DNA of 64,000 nucleotides from a virus (taxonomy: Duplodnaviria; Heunggongvirae; Uroviricota; Caudoviricetes). Of the stretch, positions 22,418-32,300 are shown piece after piece. The notes beneath the pieces were generated by a model that worked only from the letters and a program-made list of their open reading frames with translations, was not told the DNA's origin and made no database searches. Every line of letters begins with the position of its first letter. The stretch's first letter is position 1. Both the position numbers and the translations under genes were made by a program. The stretch lies in IMG/VR virus record IMGVR_UViG_3300021400_000025, positions 278,479-342,478 of that record; one strand, 5' to 3'.

Positions 22418-22896
22418 TCAACCACCACATACTTCGCGTTGAAGGTCTTGAGCAGGTCGCGGATGTTGCTGGACTCCTCCTTGGAGTTGGAGTAGATGTG
22501 GAACACATGGGAGCCAGAGTTGGAAATGGGCATCTCGGAGAACTTGATTTCATGTTCGTTCAGATAGTCAGTCGCATACTTGAGATTCTTCTCGTAAATC
22601 ACGACATCCACCATCCACAACTTGTCCTTCCTGACCTTCATCTCAAGCCACTTGACGAAATAGGTTCCGACGAAATTGGCAATCGCGGTCACAGTTGCCT
22701 TAATCCAAAGGGGAAGGTCGCAGACTGTATATACTATTACAAGGACGTAGAAGCCAAATGCGATTGCAGATATGAACGATGACCAGAACAATCCACCCTT
22801 CACGGTTATGATTGTCCTTGCAGTGTTCAATATGACGTTGATTATTGTCAACACAACAAACAACGCCAGCAAAGCCATGTCCATTTCTTCCATCAT
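22402..22896 (-). CDS. Membrane protein, DUF5698/UPF0316-like
   Basis: NVILNTARTIITVKG..SAIAFGFY; three TM helices plus a soluble C-domain; promoter TTGACA-N17-TATACT at 22927-22955. Confidence 0.65.
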   Translation of the reverse strand: MMEEMDMALLALFVVLTIINVILNTARTIITVKGGLFWSSFISAIAFGFYVLVIVYTVCDLPLWIKATVTAIANFVGTYFVKWLEMKVRKDKLWMVDVVIYEKNLKYATDYLNEHEIKFSEMPISNSGSHVFHIYSNSKEESSNIRDLLKTFNAKYVVVESKSL

Positions 22897-22965
22897 TCCA
22901 CTTCTCCTTCATTTTGATACATTATCAGTATACCACAAATGGAGGGAAATGTCAAGGGGATGCAA

Positions 22966-22991
22966 ATGGCTGCCTGAAATCAGGCAGCCAT
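22966..22991 (-). terminator. Intrinsic terminator
   Basis: ATGGCTGCCTGA-AA-TCAGGCAGCCAT perfect hairpin after 23008. Confidence 0.7.
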
Positions 22992-23007
22992 CTTGTCATG
23001 TCAACAG

Positions 23008-23274
23008 TCAAAGGCTCTTTTTGAGAGAGAAAGCATTATCTCTTTCTATATCTTCATTCATATAATCTTCTATGAATACACAAAGATCGTCTGAGGTGGC
23101 GAAGAATTCATCGGGGTCTATGACATAGTTCCCTGTCAACTCATAGATCTTGTTATTGAACTTCTCAATCGTGGCAGTGGCATTAATGACATCTGCACCA
23201 TCCTTCATGCACAGTTCCTTAACTGCATCTCCTGCTGATTCGTTGAACTTCTTCGTTATGTTAAGTTTCTTCAT
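23008..23274 (-). CDS. Small late protein (MKKLNITKKFNES...)
   Basis: N-terminus matches that of 61773-62870 (MKKLNITK). Confidence 0.65.
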   Translation of the reverse strand: MKKLNITKKFNESAGDAVKELCMKDGADVINATATIEKFNNKIYELTGNYVIDPDEFFATSDDLCVFIEDYMNEDIERDNAFSLKKSL

Positions 23275-23290
23275 TGTCTTTTACCTCTTA

Positions 23291-25129
23291 TCAATAGTTG
23301 TCTTCCTTGCGCTTGATTTCAAGGTTCTGGCTCCATGCTTCAGGGTCACATCCGAAGGTATCAAGCATGGACTCAAAGTCATAGGCGAATGCATCGTTGA
23401 TGTTCGTCAGATTCCTGAGTTCCATTTCCTCAAGCATCTGCATTACATAATCTTCGCTCACAACGCCAGAACGCAGAAGTTCCTCAAGGTTCTCCTTACC
23501 CTGTCCCCAAAGCATCTCGGACAACTTCCAAGGGTCATCAACCTCCTGCTCAATCGTCATCTCGCAAACTGGCTTCTTGTTCTCTTCTCCAGTCACGAGC
23601 GTCTTGTTCTCGCCATCCTGGTTGAAGGTCTTGTCCTTGGATTTCACTTCATCTGGCTTCTGCTCTTCAGTTCCCTCTGCCATGCCAATGCCCTGCTTCC
23701 ACTCCTTGCCATCCCATTCCATGTTGGGCTTGCCAAGCAGTTCCTCGGGAGCATGTCCAGGATAGCACTCATTCTCCCCAGCAAAACCATCGTCCACGAT
23801 GTAGCCACCGTCAGTCAACTCGCGCACAACCTCATTGGACAGAGAACCGTTGTGATGTCTCCATGTGATTTCATCCCCAACATTGAATTTCTGGTCTGAC
23901 TCAAGTTCCACGGAAGTTGGCTTGTCTGAATCCACGAACTCGCCAGTCTCCTTGAACTTTTCCACATCAAGTCCAAGTTCAGACACAATCTCGTCAAAGG
24001 AGTCGTTCATGTATGCGTTGAGTTCACCTTTTCCTATGCCATCGGGATAGCAACTGTCAATCGCATCCATTATCTCAGCCTCTGTGCGGACATGGGAGTT
24101 GATGAGGTCAGTGAGGTTCTTGTTCGCCTTTTCGTCAGACAGCAAATCAAGCACCGTCCAGACATCATGCGCGTCAACCATAATCTTGGCTTCGTTCATC
24201 AATTTTTCTGGTCTCAACTCGGAACCGCGTATGTTCATGACAGAAGATTTACCTCTGGATATGATGTACAAGTCATCTCCACTTGGATGTTTTCCAGGCG
24301 TAACATCTTCAATTGTCCAGCCATCAGAAGGATAGCCTTTATCTGGCTCAATCCAGTTCACCTTGTCCCCAACCTTGAACTTTCCAGACCAATAGCCCTT
24401 CTTCTCAAGGTCGTCCACATCGTCCATCGCTTTCCAGAACTCCTCGCCATTATCTGATTCACCAAACTCCTCTCCAACATAATCGTCAATGGAAACCCAT
24501 TCATCTGAATCTCCACCAATTCTTTCGTCAATTTTCTTGAATTTCATAGTATTGTTTTCCTCGTTAAATGTTGTTTCGCAATATGGGTTGATGAAGTTCA
24601 CCACAGCCTTCACCTTGTTGGCAACTTCGCCAATGTGCTGGATTGCGAACTCCATGTCGGCAAGCATCTTGTCCTCGTCGTCCTTTGTTGCCTGCTGATA
24701 GCCCAAATCCTCATCGTCGGATTCTTCCATCACAGGCTCTTCCTCGTCAGTTGCCTCAGCATCCCCAGCCCTCATTATCTCGGCCATCAAGTCGTCAATC
24801 TTCTGGTCGAATTCAGGAACCCTCTCCTTCGGAATCTTCTCGCAATTGCCCAAAACCTCAAAGAACGCCCTCCACCAATTGTAGAGCTTCTTCGTCACGT
24901 CCTCGTTATTGTCGTCCGACTTGCAAAGAACCTTGTTGAACACCTCTGTTGGTGGAACCTGCATCGTCTCGCCCAACGAGTTGAGCGCATCAACCAACTT
25001 GAGTTGGAAATCCCTTGGCGTGTCCTCCAATGCGTCAAACATCTGGGAATACTCAAGGGAATTGTCCAGTGTCTTCAACTGGATTATGTCCTTGATTGAA
25101 CCATCAATCGTCTCTGAAATTTGCTTCAT
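23291..25129 (-). CDS. Large acidic late protein with SH3/KOW-like FKVGDKV modules; putative internal head protein
   Basis: Late promoter 25154-25161; D/E-rich; FKVGDKV and FNVGDEI repeats. Confidence 0.65.
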   Translation of the reverse strand: MKQISETIDGSIKDIIQLKTLDNSLEYSQMFDALEDTPRDFQLKLVDALNSLGETMQVPPTEVFNKVLCKSDDNNEDVTKKLYNWWRAFFEVLGNCEKIPKERVPEFDQKIDDLMAEIMRAGDAEATDEEEPVMEESDDEDLGYQQATKDDEDKMLADMEFAIQHIGEVANKVKAVVNFINPYCETTFNEENNTMKFKKIDERIGGDSDEWVSIDDYVGEEFGESDNGEEFWKAMDDVDDLEKKGYWSGKFKVGDKVNWIEPDKGYPSDGWTIEDVTPGKHPSGDDLYIISRGKSSVMNIRGSELRPEKLMNEAKIMVDAHDVWTVLDLLSDEKANKNLTDLINSHVRTEAEIMDAIDSCYPDGIGKGELNAYMNDSFDEIVSELGLDVEKFKETGEFVDSDKPTSVELESDQKFNVGDEITWRHHNGSLSNEVVRELTDGGYIVDDGFAGENECYPGHAPEELLGKPNMEWDGKEWKQGIGMAEGTEEQKPDEVKSKDKTFNQDGENKTLVTGEENKKPVCEMTIEQEVDDPWKLSEMLWGQGKENLEELLRSGVVSEDYVMQMLEEMELRNLTNINDAFAYDFESMLDTFGCDPEAWSQNLEIKRKEDNY

Positions 25130-25181
25130 GATGAAATAATGCCTTTGTTGTACTATTTACAATCTTTTAATTGAAATCCTT

Positions 25182-25682
25182 TCATGGAGTGAACTGACTT
25201 CTTTTGGTTTCCATGAACCCGTGAATGAAGTCCATGAACAAAGGCGTGATGTTTGTCGTCCCATCTTTGGATTCCTCAACGTAGATTACGATATCGTAGA
25301 ACATTTTTGATCCCACGAACTCCACCCCACGGATGCTGTTTCCAAAACTCAAGTCAAAGAGGCTGGAAACAATGTCCTCTGTTTTGACCAGATATGGCGT
25401 GTCCCCAGGATTGATCTGGGTTCTGGTTGTGGTTATCATCCCACTCCACTTGTAAATCAAAATGGTGCCGAACTTCATCTTCGTTCTCTTCGCCATCTTT
25501 GTGAAATCCGCAACAAGTTCTTCGTCAGTTGGAAGTCTTTTCAATCCTGTAAGGAACTTCCACTCCTTGAACGAGAGGTATTCACCATTTACCCACAGCG
25601 CAGGAACCCCATGTATGGGAAATTCCTTGCAGAACCCATGGTTGGGCTTGAACAAACCAAATATGAAATCAAGCAGTTTCAT
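25182..25682 (-). CDS. Paralog family member 1 (LFDLS...TNITP)
   Basis: Shared motifs with six neighbours; start refined to MKLLDF. Confidence 0.65.
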   Translation of the reverse strand: MKLLDFIFGLFKPNHGFCKEFPIHGVPALWVNGEYLSFKEWKFLTGLKRLPTDEELVADFTKMAKRTKMKFGTILIYKWSGMITTTRTQINPGDTPYLVKTEDIVSSLFDLSFGNSIRGVEFVGSKMFYDIVIYVEESKDGTTNITPLFMDFIHGFMETKRSQFTP

Positions 25683-26040
25683 GTTCTTCTTCTTCCAGCT
25701 TCTCGCCAAATCTCTTGATTGCGTCCATGAATTCTGGCGTGATGTTGGTGCTTCCATTCTCGGATTCAGACACGATGAACATGTACCCTCTGAGCGGCCT
25801 CATTTCAGATGTGTAGCTGTATCTGGCTCTGTACGCCACATCAATCGTCTTGCCAAGGGAAATGTCAAAGAGAAACGTGACAAGCCCCTCCATGTCAGCT
25901 GGAATCCTGAACTGCCTCCATGGTCCTTCATCTGGCATCTGAAAGTCAAAATCCACGGTTGGAAGGAGCTTTGAGCCATTCTTCATGTCTCGTTCCAGCA
26001 CCTTTTCCAAACCTCGCCTTATGTTCAACTTTTCCAGCAT
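25669..26040 (-). CDS. Paralog family member 2
   Basis: LFDISL...STNITPEFMDAI. Confidence 0.7.
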   Translation of the reverse strand: MLEKLNIRRGLEKVLERDMKNGSKLLPTVDFDFQMPDEGPWRQFRIPADMEGLVTFLFDISLGKTIDVAYRARYSYTSEMRPLRGYMFIVSESENGSTNITPEFMDAIKRFGEKLEEEEHETA

Positions 26041-26061
26041 ATGTCAACCATTCTCCCTCTC

Positions 26062-26544
26062 TCAATCTTCATTCTCAAACTGCTCCCAAGGATTGTAGTG
26101 TGTCACCGGAGCGAAATTAGATTCTCCCCAGATAGATGGACTGTACTGAGAAACCCACCCTTCCCGAAAGGGCTTCTTCAGATAGTCAAGGGCAAAAGGA
26201 TTGACAAGCACCTGGAAGAAGTCAATCAACTTTGGGGTTATGTTGGTCTGACCATCCCTTGACGGAACAACAGACATGTCAAATGCGCCATACTCCCTAC
26301 GCCACGGCATGGTGGGAAACACATAACTTATCTTGCTCGTAAGGGACAAGTCAAACAACTTCACCACCATGTCGTCCACATTGTTCTGCGCATACTTGAA
26401 CACTTTTAGTGGATCAAACCCTTCATTCCTGTCAAGTTTGCTCACGCTGAAGAACAGAATAAGCGACGATGCAATCCTGTCATGGGCAAACAGGTTCTTC
26501 ACAAAGGCTATTATGTCCTTGTCCGTGTCAAACTTGTTGTTCAT
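26062..26544 (-). CDS. Paralog family member 3
   Basis: LFDLSL...QTNITPKLID. Confidence 0.7.
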   Translation of the reverse strand: MNNKFDTDKDIIAFVKNLFAHDRIASSLILFFSVSKLDRNEGFDPLKVFKYAQNNVDDMVVKLFDLSLTSKISYVFPTMPWRREYGAFDMSVVPSRDGQTNITPKLIDFFQVLVNPFALDYLKKPFREGWVSQYSPSIWGESNFAPVTHYNPWEQFENED

Positions 26545-26947
26545 CTTTAACCTCCTTGTCTGTCAACCACCATCCCCATTTAGTCAGAAGACCACCAAAG
26601 TCAAACAACGATGCCAAAACTTCAATGAGTTCTGGGGTCAGGTTGCTTTCGTTCTCGTTCTTCCTGCATTTCATGACATGAAGCTCATATCCAACAACAG
26701 CATCGTCATATCCATTCACCGAAATCTCGCTAAACTTCCTGACCCGTTCAAATGCCAGTATCTTCTTTGAAAGCGACAAGTCGAACAAGAAGGAGACAAA
26801 CCCATCTGTGTCTGAAGTGAACCTGTGAATCTCATATGGTCCATAGTTGTCGCGCATGACTGCAACATCAATGAACAAGGGGACAGTCACGCAACCAATC
26901 CTCAAGTCGTCTTCAATCTGATCGATTATGTCCTGTGGGTCAAGCAT
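26528..26947 (-). CDS. Paralog family member 4
   Basis: LFDLSL...ESNLTPELIE. Confidence 0.7.
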   Translation of the reverse strand: MLDPQDIIDQIEDDLRIGCVTVPLFIDVAVMRDNYGPYEIHRFTSDTDGFVSFLFDLSLSKKILAFERVRKFSEISVNGYDDAVVGYELHVMKCRKNENESNLTPELIEVLASLFDFGGLLTKWGWWLTDKEVKDEQQV

Positions 26948-27302
26948 GGTTTTCCTTCTTCATTTCATCGTTCCACTTTGAGATTGCATCCATGAACTCG
27001 GGAGTTATGTTCGTCTGGTGGTTGGTTGAAGTCACAAGGTGAAACTCATATGCCGTCAAGTAGGTTTGACCATTGAAGACCTGCGTATGACCGAAAGCAT
27101 GGTCTATTGCATGGGTCATGGAAATGTCAAAAAGAAACGGAACCAATTCGCAATAATGATCCGGCAGAAGGAAAGCATTTGAGGCAACTGTCCCTTCAGC
27201 GCACCTGAACTCAAAGCAGAGGAGTGAACCATGGAGCCTGCACTTCAAGTCATGCTTCAACTCCACCTCAACGCCATTGTCTATGTTCAACGTGTACATC
27301 AT
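26940..27302 (-). CDS. Paralog family member 5
   Basis: LFDISM...QTNITPEFMDAI. Confidence 0.7.
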   Translation of the reverse strand: MMYTLNIDNGVEVELKHDLKCRLHGSLLCFEFRCAEGTVASNAFLLPDHYCELVPFLFDISMTHAIDHAFGHTQVFNGQTYLTAYEFHLVTSTNHQTNITPEFMDAISKWNDEMKKENHA

Positions 27303-27324
27303 GTTTCAAACACCGTGAGTTTCA

Positions 27325-27654
27325 TCAACCAGCTTTCAATGTACAACACTTGGACATGAAATCCACAAACTCTGGCGTGATGTTTGTGCAGCCATCCTTG
27401 GAATCCACCAAGTAGAAGTTGTATCCATACAATCCCCCATTACAGGACATTCTGTACTCGAATGCGTGGTCTATCGTCTTGGACATGGATATATCGAACA
27501 AATATCCCACCAAATCTTCCGTGTCAGATGGCAAGAAGAACTTCTTGTTGGGCATCCCACATCCACCAACCTCCACGACCAAATTGGTGGAACTTGGCTT
27601 GTCCGAGGCGACGAAAAGCTCACCAATCTTGTCTATGTCCAATGTGTGCATCAT
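27325..27654 (-). CDS. Paralog family member 6
   Basis: LFDISM...CTNITPEFVD. Confidence 0.7.
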   Translation of the reverse strand: MMHTLDIDKIGELFVASDKPSSTNLVVEVGGCGMPNKKFFLPSDTEDLVGYLFDISMSKTIDHAFEYRMSCNGGLYGYNFYLVDSKDGCTNITPEFVDFMSKCCTLKAG

Positions 27655-27666
27655 TTTCCAAACACC

Positions 27667-27981
27667 TCAATCACGAACCAAATAATCCAGACACGCCTGA
27701 ATGAAATCGCAGTCAATGTTCGTTCTTCCATTAGAAGACCTGGAAATGTTTATGTAGATTGTGTCGGAGTTTGGCATGTCATCTATTCCATGAACCTTGT
27801 GCGTCAACGAAAGGTCGTGAAGTTTTTCCGCCATTTCTTCACGTTCATGGTCAGAATATGAATACACTTCACTGTCAGAATATGAATACGATTTACCTTG
27901 CCAGACATCAAGGTAAATGAGTCTGTTCAACCTCACAAGATGCTTGTCAAGCCATTTAACTTTTTTCGTGAAATTCTTCAT
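27667..27981 (-). CDS. Paralog family member 7 (divergent)
   Basis: LHDLSL...RTNIDCDF. Confidence 0.6.
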   Translation of the reverse strand: MKNFTKKVKWLDKHLVRLNRLIYLDVWQGKSYSYSDSEVYSYSDHEREEMAEKLHDLSLTHKVHGIDDMPNSDTIYINISRSSNGRTNIDCDFIQACLDYLVRD

Positions 27982-28616
27982 GGTGCGTAGAGAATGGTCG
28001 GGTTGTCCTTCTTGATGTCAACTTCGCTCACAATTGGTGGATTCATCTGCGAGAGCGTTCGATTGAAGATTTCATGGTTGAATGGTCTGGTTATCAAATG
28101 GACGCCTGACTTGGTTGGGATGACAGCCACAATCTTCTCAACGTCAAATGGGGCGCATTTGGACAAGATTATGTCCTTGATTCCCTTCACAAGCTGAGAA
28201 TCAACCGTGGTGTTGTCAATGTCCACAATCCAGGTCTTGTTTCCCTTGCCAGGTTCAGGATAACGCCCAATCACAGAGTTGATTTCGTTGAAGGTGTTGC
28301 CAAACTCCTGATTGGTTCTGGCTTTCATCAAAGTCTCCTCTGCGAACGCCATTGACACCGTGCGGTAGTTGCGCTTGTTCAGACGAATGTAGGCGCGGGC
28401 TCCAGTCTCGTTGCAGATTGCGATAATCTCGTCCCTCAGCGAGTCCAACTTCAAAAGTGAAGTGATGTGGTAGTCCCTGACCAGACGCCGCTGGTTGTCT
28501 GAGCCATTGGGAACATCACAACCATCCTTCTTGCGTTGAAGCAGTTGAAGGAAGTAGAAGTCGCCATGCTTGTCAAATGTCAGAAGTGGCTTAATCAATT
28601 CAAAGTTGTCTACCAT
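27978..28616 (-). CDS. Conserved phage protein, possible AEP/primase-polymerase-like fold
   Basis: WIVDID...IPTKSGVHLIT (DxD plus T.xG.H pattern); start MVDNF after AGGAG. Confidence 0.5.
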   Translation of the reverse strand: MVDNFELIKPLLTFDKHGDFYFLQLLQRKKDGCDVPNGSDNQRRLVRDYHITSLLKLDSLRDEIIAICNETGARAYIRLNKRNYRTVSMAFAEETLMKARTNQEFGNTFNEINSVIGRYPEPGKGNKTWIVDIDNTTVDSQLVKGIKDIILSKCAPFDVEKIVAVIPTKSGVHLITRPFNHEIFNRTLSQMNPPIVSEVDIKKDNPTILYAP

Positions 28617-28627
28617 TGGTTTTCTCC

Positions 28628-28849
28628 TTAATGATGATTGATGTGGTTGACATTGAGAGGATGCCACTTATGCACAGGGTTTACCATGTACTGCAGGACA
28701 TTGGACCTTCCAACATGCGTTTCATTGGTGGAATAATCTTTTGGATAGTCACCACAATTGCACAAACCATAACGATGACCAAGTTTGCAGATTCCAATAA
28801 TGATTGCAGAAAGAATTATGCCTGCAAGCCATGTTCCAATTGTCTTCAT
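28628..28849 (-). CDS. Small membrane-anchored protein
   Basis: N-terminal TM helix; promoter TTGACA-N17-TATAAT at 28873-28901. Confidence 0.55.
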   Translation of the reverse strand: MKTIGTWLAGIILSAIIIGICKLGHRYGLCNCGDYPKDYSTNETHVGRSNVLQYMVNPVHKWHPLNVNHINHH

Positions 28850-29106
28850 CTTGTTTCTTCTCCTTTGCCTAGATTATACCAAATCTACTTGAGTTTGTCA
28901 AGCACCTCTGCGAAATCTTCTGGATTGCACTTATCAACCTTCACAAAATGCCCATCTACGAAACCCTTGTATAGGATGTTATGCACGACATTGTCCCCCA
29001 GTACGAGCAGAAGTGAATATCTTTCGGTATGCGCGTCCTTCACCACATATGATGCTTTTCCATCTATGCGGACAATGACATCGCCTTTTCTGAACTCAGC
29101 TTTCAT
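28846..29106 (-). CDS. Small beta-barrel-like protein (FRKGDVIV); TAG 28885 reads through to an ATGA overlap
   Basis: Paralog of the next two genes. Confidence 0.6.
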
Positions 29107-29342
29107 ATGTCCTCCACATTCTTCATCCGATTGTTTTCATCGTCCCACTCGTCAACCTTTACCAACCTATTGTGCGCATCCTTGAAACTCATCCATACGC
29201 CTCGAACATGAACCTTGCCATCCCAAAAAGAAGCGACAACATATCCATCACCCAGAACCTCATCAACAATCCAAAGCATTCCCTTCTCGTTCCCAATCTC
29301 AACGAGAACATCGTTTTTCACGAACTCGTTCATTCCAATCAC
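29103..29342 (-). CDS. Small beta-barrel-like protein (FVKNDVLV)
   Basis: Paralog of neighbours; overlapping start/stop. Confidence 0.6.
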   Translation of the reverse strand: MIGMNEFVKNDVLVEIGNEKGMLWIVDEVLGDGYVVASFWDGKVHVRGVWMSFKDAHNRLVKVDEWDDENNRMKNVEDI

Positions 29343-29560
29343 CTCTTGAATGGCACATGCCCGTAAAGCATCAGTTCGTCAGCGCTTCCTGGCACAATGA
29401 CCACCACCTTGATGTAGTGGCGGTCAGTCTCCTCCACCCACAGCATAGAGTCACCTCCACCCACCCAGCGGACGAAGTAATGCCTGTTGTCGGTTGAAAG
29501 CACATGCGCCATATGCTCTGACATTGGAATCTGAATCAAATCGTTTTTCTTGAACTTCAC
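29339..29560 (-). CDS. Small beta-barrel-like protein (FKKNDLI)
   Basis: Paralog of neighbours; overlapping start/stop. Confidence 0.6.
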   Translation of the reverse strand: MKFKKNDLIQIPMSEHMAHVLSTDNRHYFVRWVGGGDSMLWVEETDRHYIKVVVIVPGSADELMLYGHVPFKR

Positions 29561-30249
29561 TTCGCATTTCCCTTCTTCTTGGACTGCTTGCCCTCTGCCT
29601 CGTCCATCATGGCTTCAATGTTCCGGGCGCGTTCCATGTATGTATCCACATTCTTGGCAATGTCCTCAATCGTCTTGTCAAGAAGCTCCCTGCACTTCAG
29701 CGCGTTCTCATGGTCTGCATTGATTTGCACAAGGAACTGCTCGTAGTCGGAGAGAATTTCCAACTTGACATTCGGAAAATACGTCTCAACCGTAGGAGTC
29801 TGAACCAGACTCTCAATGCCATGGGAATAGGTGTCATCGCCCTTGACCGGTTCAACATGGTTGAAAGATTTCCACTTGTAGGAGATGCGATGCTCGTCGT
29901 CGTTGATTGAGTCACGATGCGCAACAAACAAGCACTTGTCCGCATTCAGATTGAATAAGAACTGGATTCCACCTCTGACCCACACCCACGCAACGCGCTT
30001 GCTCATGTCCACCCATGAGAGATATACCCCGGTAAACGGGTTCTGGCATTTGTTGTCGCCGAGGGAATGCCATGTTATGTCACTGGGGAACCAGATTGAA
30101 TTCAACTTCTCAATGTCCTCGGCGACATCCATGAGGATTTTCAGCGTGTCCTCATGCCGATTGACGGCGAACTGGCGCATTCTGGCATAGTCCACATCAC
30201 ATGCCAACTGGCGCATTGACCTGATTCTGGAAATGAGATTCTTGTTCAC
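29557..30249 (-). CDS. Hypothetical protein
   Basis: GTG start after AGGAG. Confidence 0.65.
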   Translation of the reverse strand: MNKNLISRIRSMRQLACDVDYARMRQFAVNRHEDTLKILMDVAEDIEKLNSIWFPSDITWHSLGDNKCQNPFTGVYLSWVDMSKRVAWVWVRGGIQFLFNLNADKCLFVAHRDSINDDEHRISYKWKSFNHVEPVKGDDTYSHGIESLVQTPTVETYFPNVKLEILSDYEQFLVQINADHENALKCRELLDKTIEDIAKNVDTYMERARNIEAMMDEAEGKQSKKKGNAK

Positions 30250-30264
30250 TGTTTTCCAACTCCT

Positions 30265-30468
30265 TTACATGTAGACAACGCCAGTCTCCCAACTGCCCCA
30301 CAGACCTGCTGGAGGACGAATCAACTTGTAGCCCTTGCCGCACTTGTAGACGAAATCGGACGCGAACTTCTCTCCCTCCCACGAGCCGGTACCTGCCTTG
30401 GTGTGGCGGACAATCGTGCGCTGGGCAGTTTCCTTGTCAATGTCACGCAACGTCTTCGGAATAGCCAT
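30265..30468 (-). CDS. Hypothetical protein
   Basis: Start refined to MAIPKT after AAGGAG. Confidence 0.55.
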   Translation of the reverse strand: MAIPKTLRDIDKETAQRTIVRHTKAGTGSWEGEKFASDFVYKCGKGYKLIRPPAGLWGSWETGVVYM

Positions 30469-30487
30469 TGTTTTTCTCCTTTGCTTT

Positions 30488-30892
30488 TTACATGATGGCG
30501 AACCAGTCAAGAACATCCATAGTCCAGTCACCGCGCGTAAGCGGCTTCTCGAAATCGTTCTCATCACCCCACAGCTCAGCCTCTCCACGCCCATTGTTGG
30601 GGACAACAGTGTAAAGCACATCCCCCGTCTCCATGTCGCAGATGCGAAGGTCGTCATACAACTTGCCCACTCCAGGGCAGTTGTTCTTGAAAAACACATA
30701 ACACTTAGTGGGGTCAAACTTGGTGGTCTTGGTGCGGAGAATGCTCTTCAGACGGGAAAACAAGATCTTCGCCTTGTTCCTCAAAGACTCATCCTTGCAG
30801 AACCAGTCAAAGAAGCCATAGCAGTTGCCCTTGTTGAAAGCCTCGTCAAAGTCCATCTTGACGAGTTCAGAGATTGCGATTTCCTTTTCCAT
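30488..30892 (-). CDS. Hypothetical phage protein (FFDWFC..SL motif)
   Basis: AAGGAG SD; promoter TTGACA-N17-TATACT at 30924-30952. Confidence 0.65.
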   Translation of the reverse strand: MEKEIAISELVKMDFDEAFNKGNCYGFFDWFCKDESLRNKAKILFSRLKSILRTKTTKFDPTKCYVFFKNNCPGVGKLYDDLRICDMETGDVLYTVVPNNGRGEAELWGDENDFEKPLTRGDWTMDVLDWFAIM

Positions 30893-30958
30893 TTCACTTC
30901 TCCTTGTTTGGTTGTTTGAATACAGTATACCATTTTCCATCTGGATTGTCAATGGGGT

Positions 30959-31582
30959 TCAGCACACAGACTTGTAGTCCGGAATGTATTGGGGAAGGTA
31001 CTTGTCCATGTACTTGTTCAGACCACGAAGGGTGAGGGTGATGTCAAGGGCAGGGATGAACGCCTCGTTGGACATGACCCCCTTCTTGTTGAGAGCCTTG
31101 AACGCGATGCGGATGCACTTGGCAGGCGAGTAGCCAAGGTTCAACGCCCAGTTGATCGTGGATTCAACCACGCCAACCACATCAACCCCACCATGGCGGG
31201 CGTTGAACTCGGCAAGCATCTCAGGGTGCTGCTTGCGAATGACATTGCGGGCGAAGTCAAGGACTTCCTTCTCGGTGGAATTGATGCAGCGGGAGCGGCA
31301 CCATGCGATGGTGCAATTGATGGTGTAATCGACATACTTGGCGTAGTCGACCTTCACCTCTCCCTCCGGCTTGTCTGTGACATCCTCGATGTAGTTGGGG
31401 TTGCACCACACGAAGCCCTTGTCAGGAGACCAGAGTTTGATGGTGGTGGAGGAAATCCAACCACCACGGCCACTCCAGCCAGGGAGCTGGTAGCTGGTGG
31501 TACGCTCAGTGTTGCCAATCCAATAGGCAAACCCACGGAACTTGCGACCCTTGTTGATCACCACAGGCTTAAACTTCTCCAT
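30959..31582 (-). CDS. Hypothetical early protein with strongly C/G-ending codons
   Basis: AAGGAG SD; promoter TTGCGC-N17-TATAAT at 31665-31693. Confidence 0.7.
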   Translation of the reverse strand: MEKFKPVVINKGRKFRGFAYWIGNTERTTSYQLPGWSGRGGWISSTTIKLWSPDKGFVWCNPNYIEDVTDKPEGEVKVDYAKYVDYTINCTIAWCRSRCINSTEKEVLDFARNVIRKQHPEMLAEFNARHGGVDVVGVVESTINWALNLGYSPAKCIRIAFKALNKKGVMSNEAFIPALDITLTLRGLNKYMDKYLPQYIPDYKSVC

Positions 31583-31763
31583 ATCATCTTCTCCTTATGA
31601 AGGACTCGAAGGGGGGGGAGGATTCCCACCATGGGAATCAGGCTTCTTCCCTCGCAACACCTATATTATACCACAATTCTGGATTCAGCGCAAGGGGGAT
31701 CAAACAAAAAGATGACCAAAAGATAATTGGTCATCTTGTTCATGATTATGTGGTTTTTTGCGA

Positions 31764-32300
31764 TTATGCCGGATTTGCCCACGAAATCGTGAAGTTGTAT
31801 TGGATGGTGCCGGCATTGCGCCCATAAGGAGGCGTTGATTGCTCAAACCCCAAGATCTGGAATCCATGTGCGCGATACCAATCAAGGATATGCTGGATGT
31901 TCACCCAATCATTCTGAATCACAGTGAATGTGACGTTCGTGGAAAAACCACCCCTCATTGCTTCAGTCTTGATTCTGTTGTTGAGAGCCCTGATGTGGTC
32001 GCGAATCTTCACGTCTGGGTTCTGGCTTGAAACAAGGAAGACCTCGTTTGCGTTCATTTCAATGTCATCAGATGTGTCCTCCTTTTCTGGAACACCATTC
32101 GTGGATGCATCTTTGACCTCTTCGGTGGTCTTCAAGTTGACCTTTGGCTCTTCAACCACCATCTGCCTGGGGGCATGTGGATGCGAACCATCTGCATTTG
32201 TGACTGCGCCAGCAAGCGCAGCCTCAATCTTGTCCTTGTCTTGTTCCATCGCCCTGCGGATTCCCTCAGGCGTGATCTTCTCTTCTTTCTTCTTAGCCAT
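31764..32300 (-). CDS. Hypothetical protein
   Basis: ORF followed by hairpin AAGATGACCAA...TTGGTCATCTT (about 31709-31737). Confidence 0.6.
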   Translation of the reverse strand: MAKKKEEKITPEGIRRAMEQDKDKIEAALAGAVTNADGSHPHAPRQMVVEEPKVNLKTTEEVKDASTNGVPEKEDTSDDIEMNANEVFLVSSQNPDVKIRDHIRALNNRIKTEAMRGGFSTNVTFTVIQNDWVNIQHILDWYRAHGFQILGFEQSTPPYGRNAGTIQYNFTISWANPA

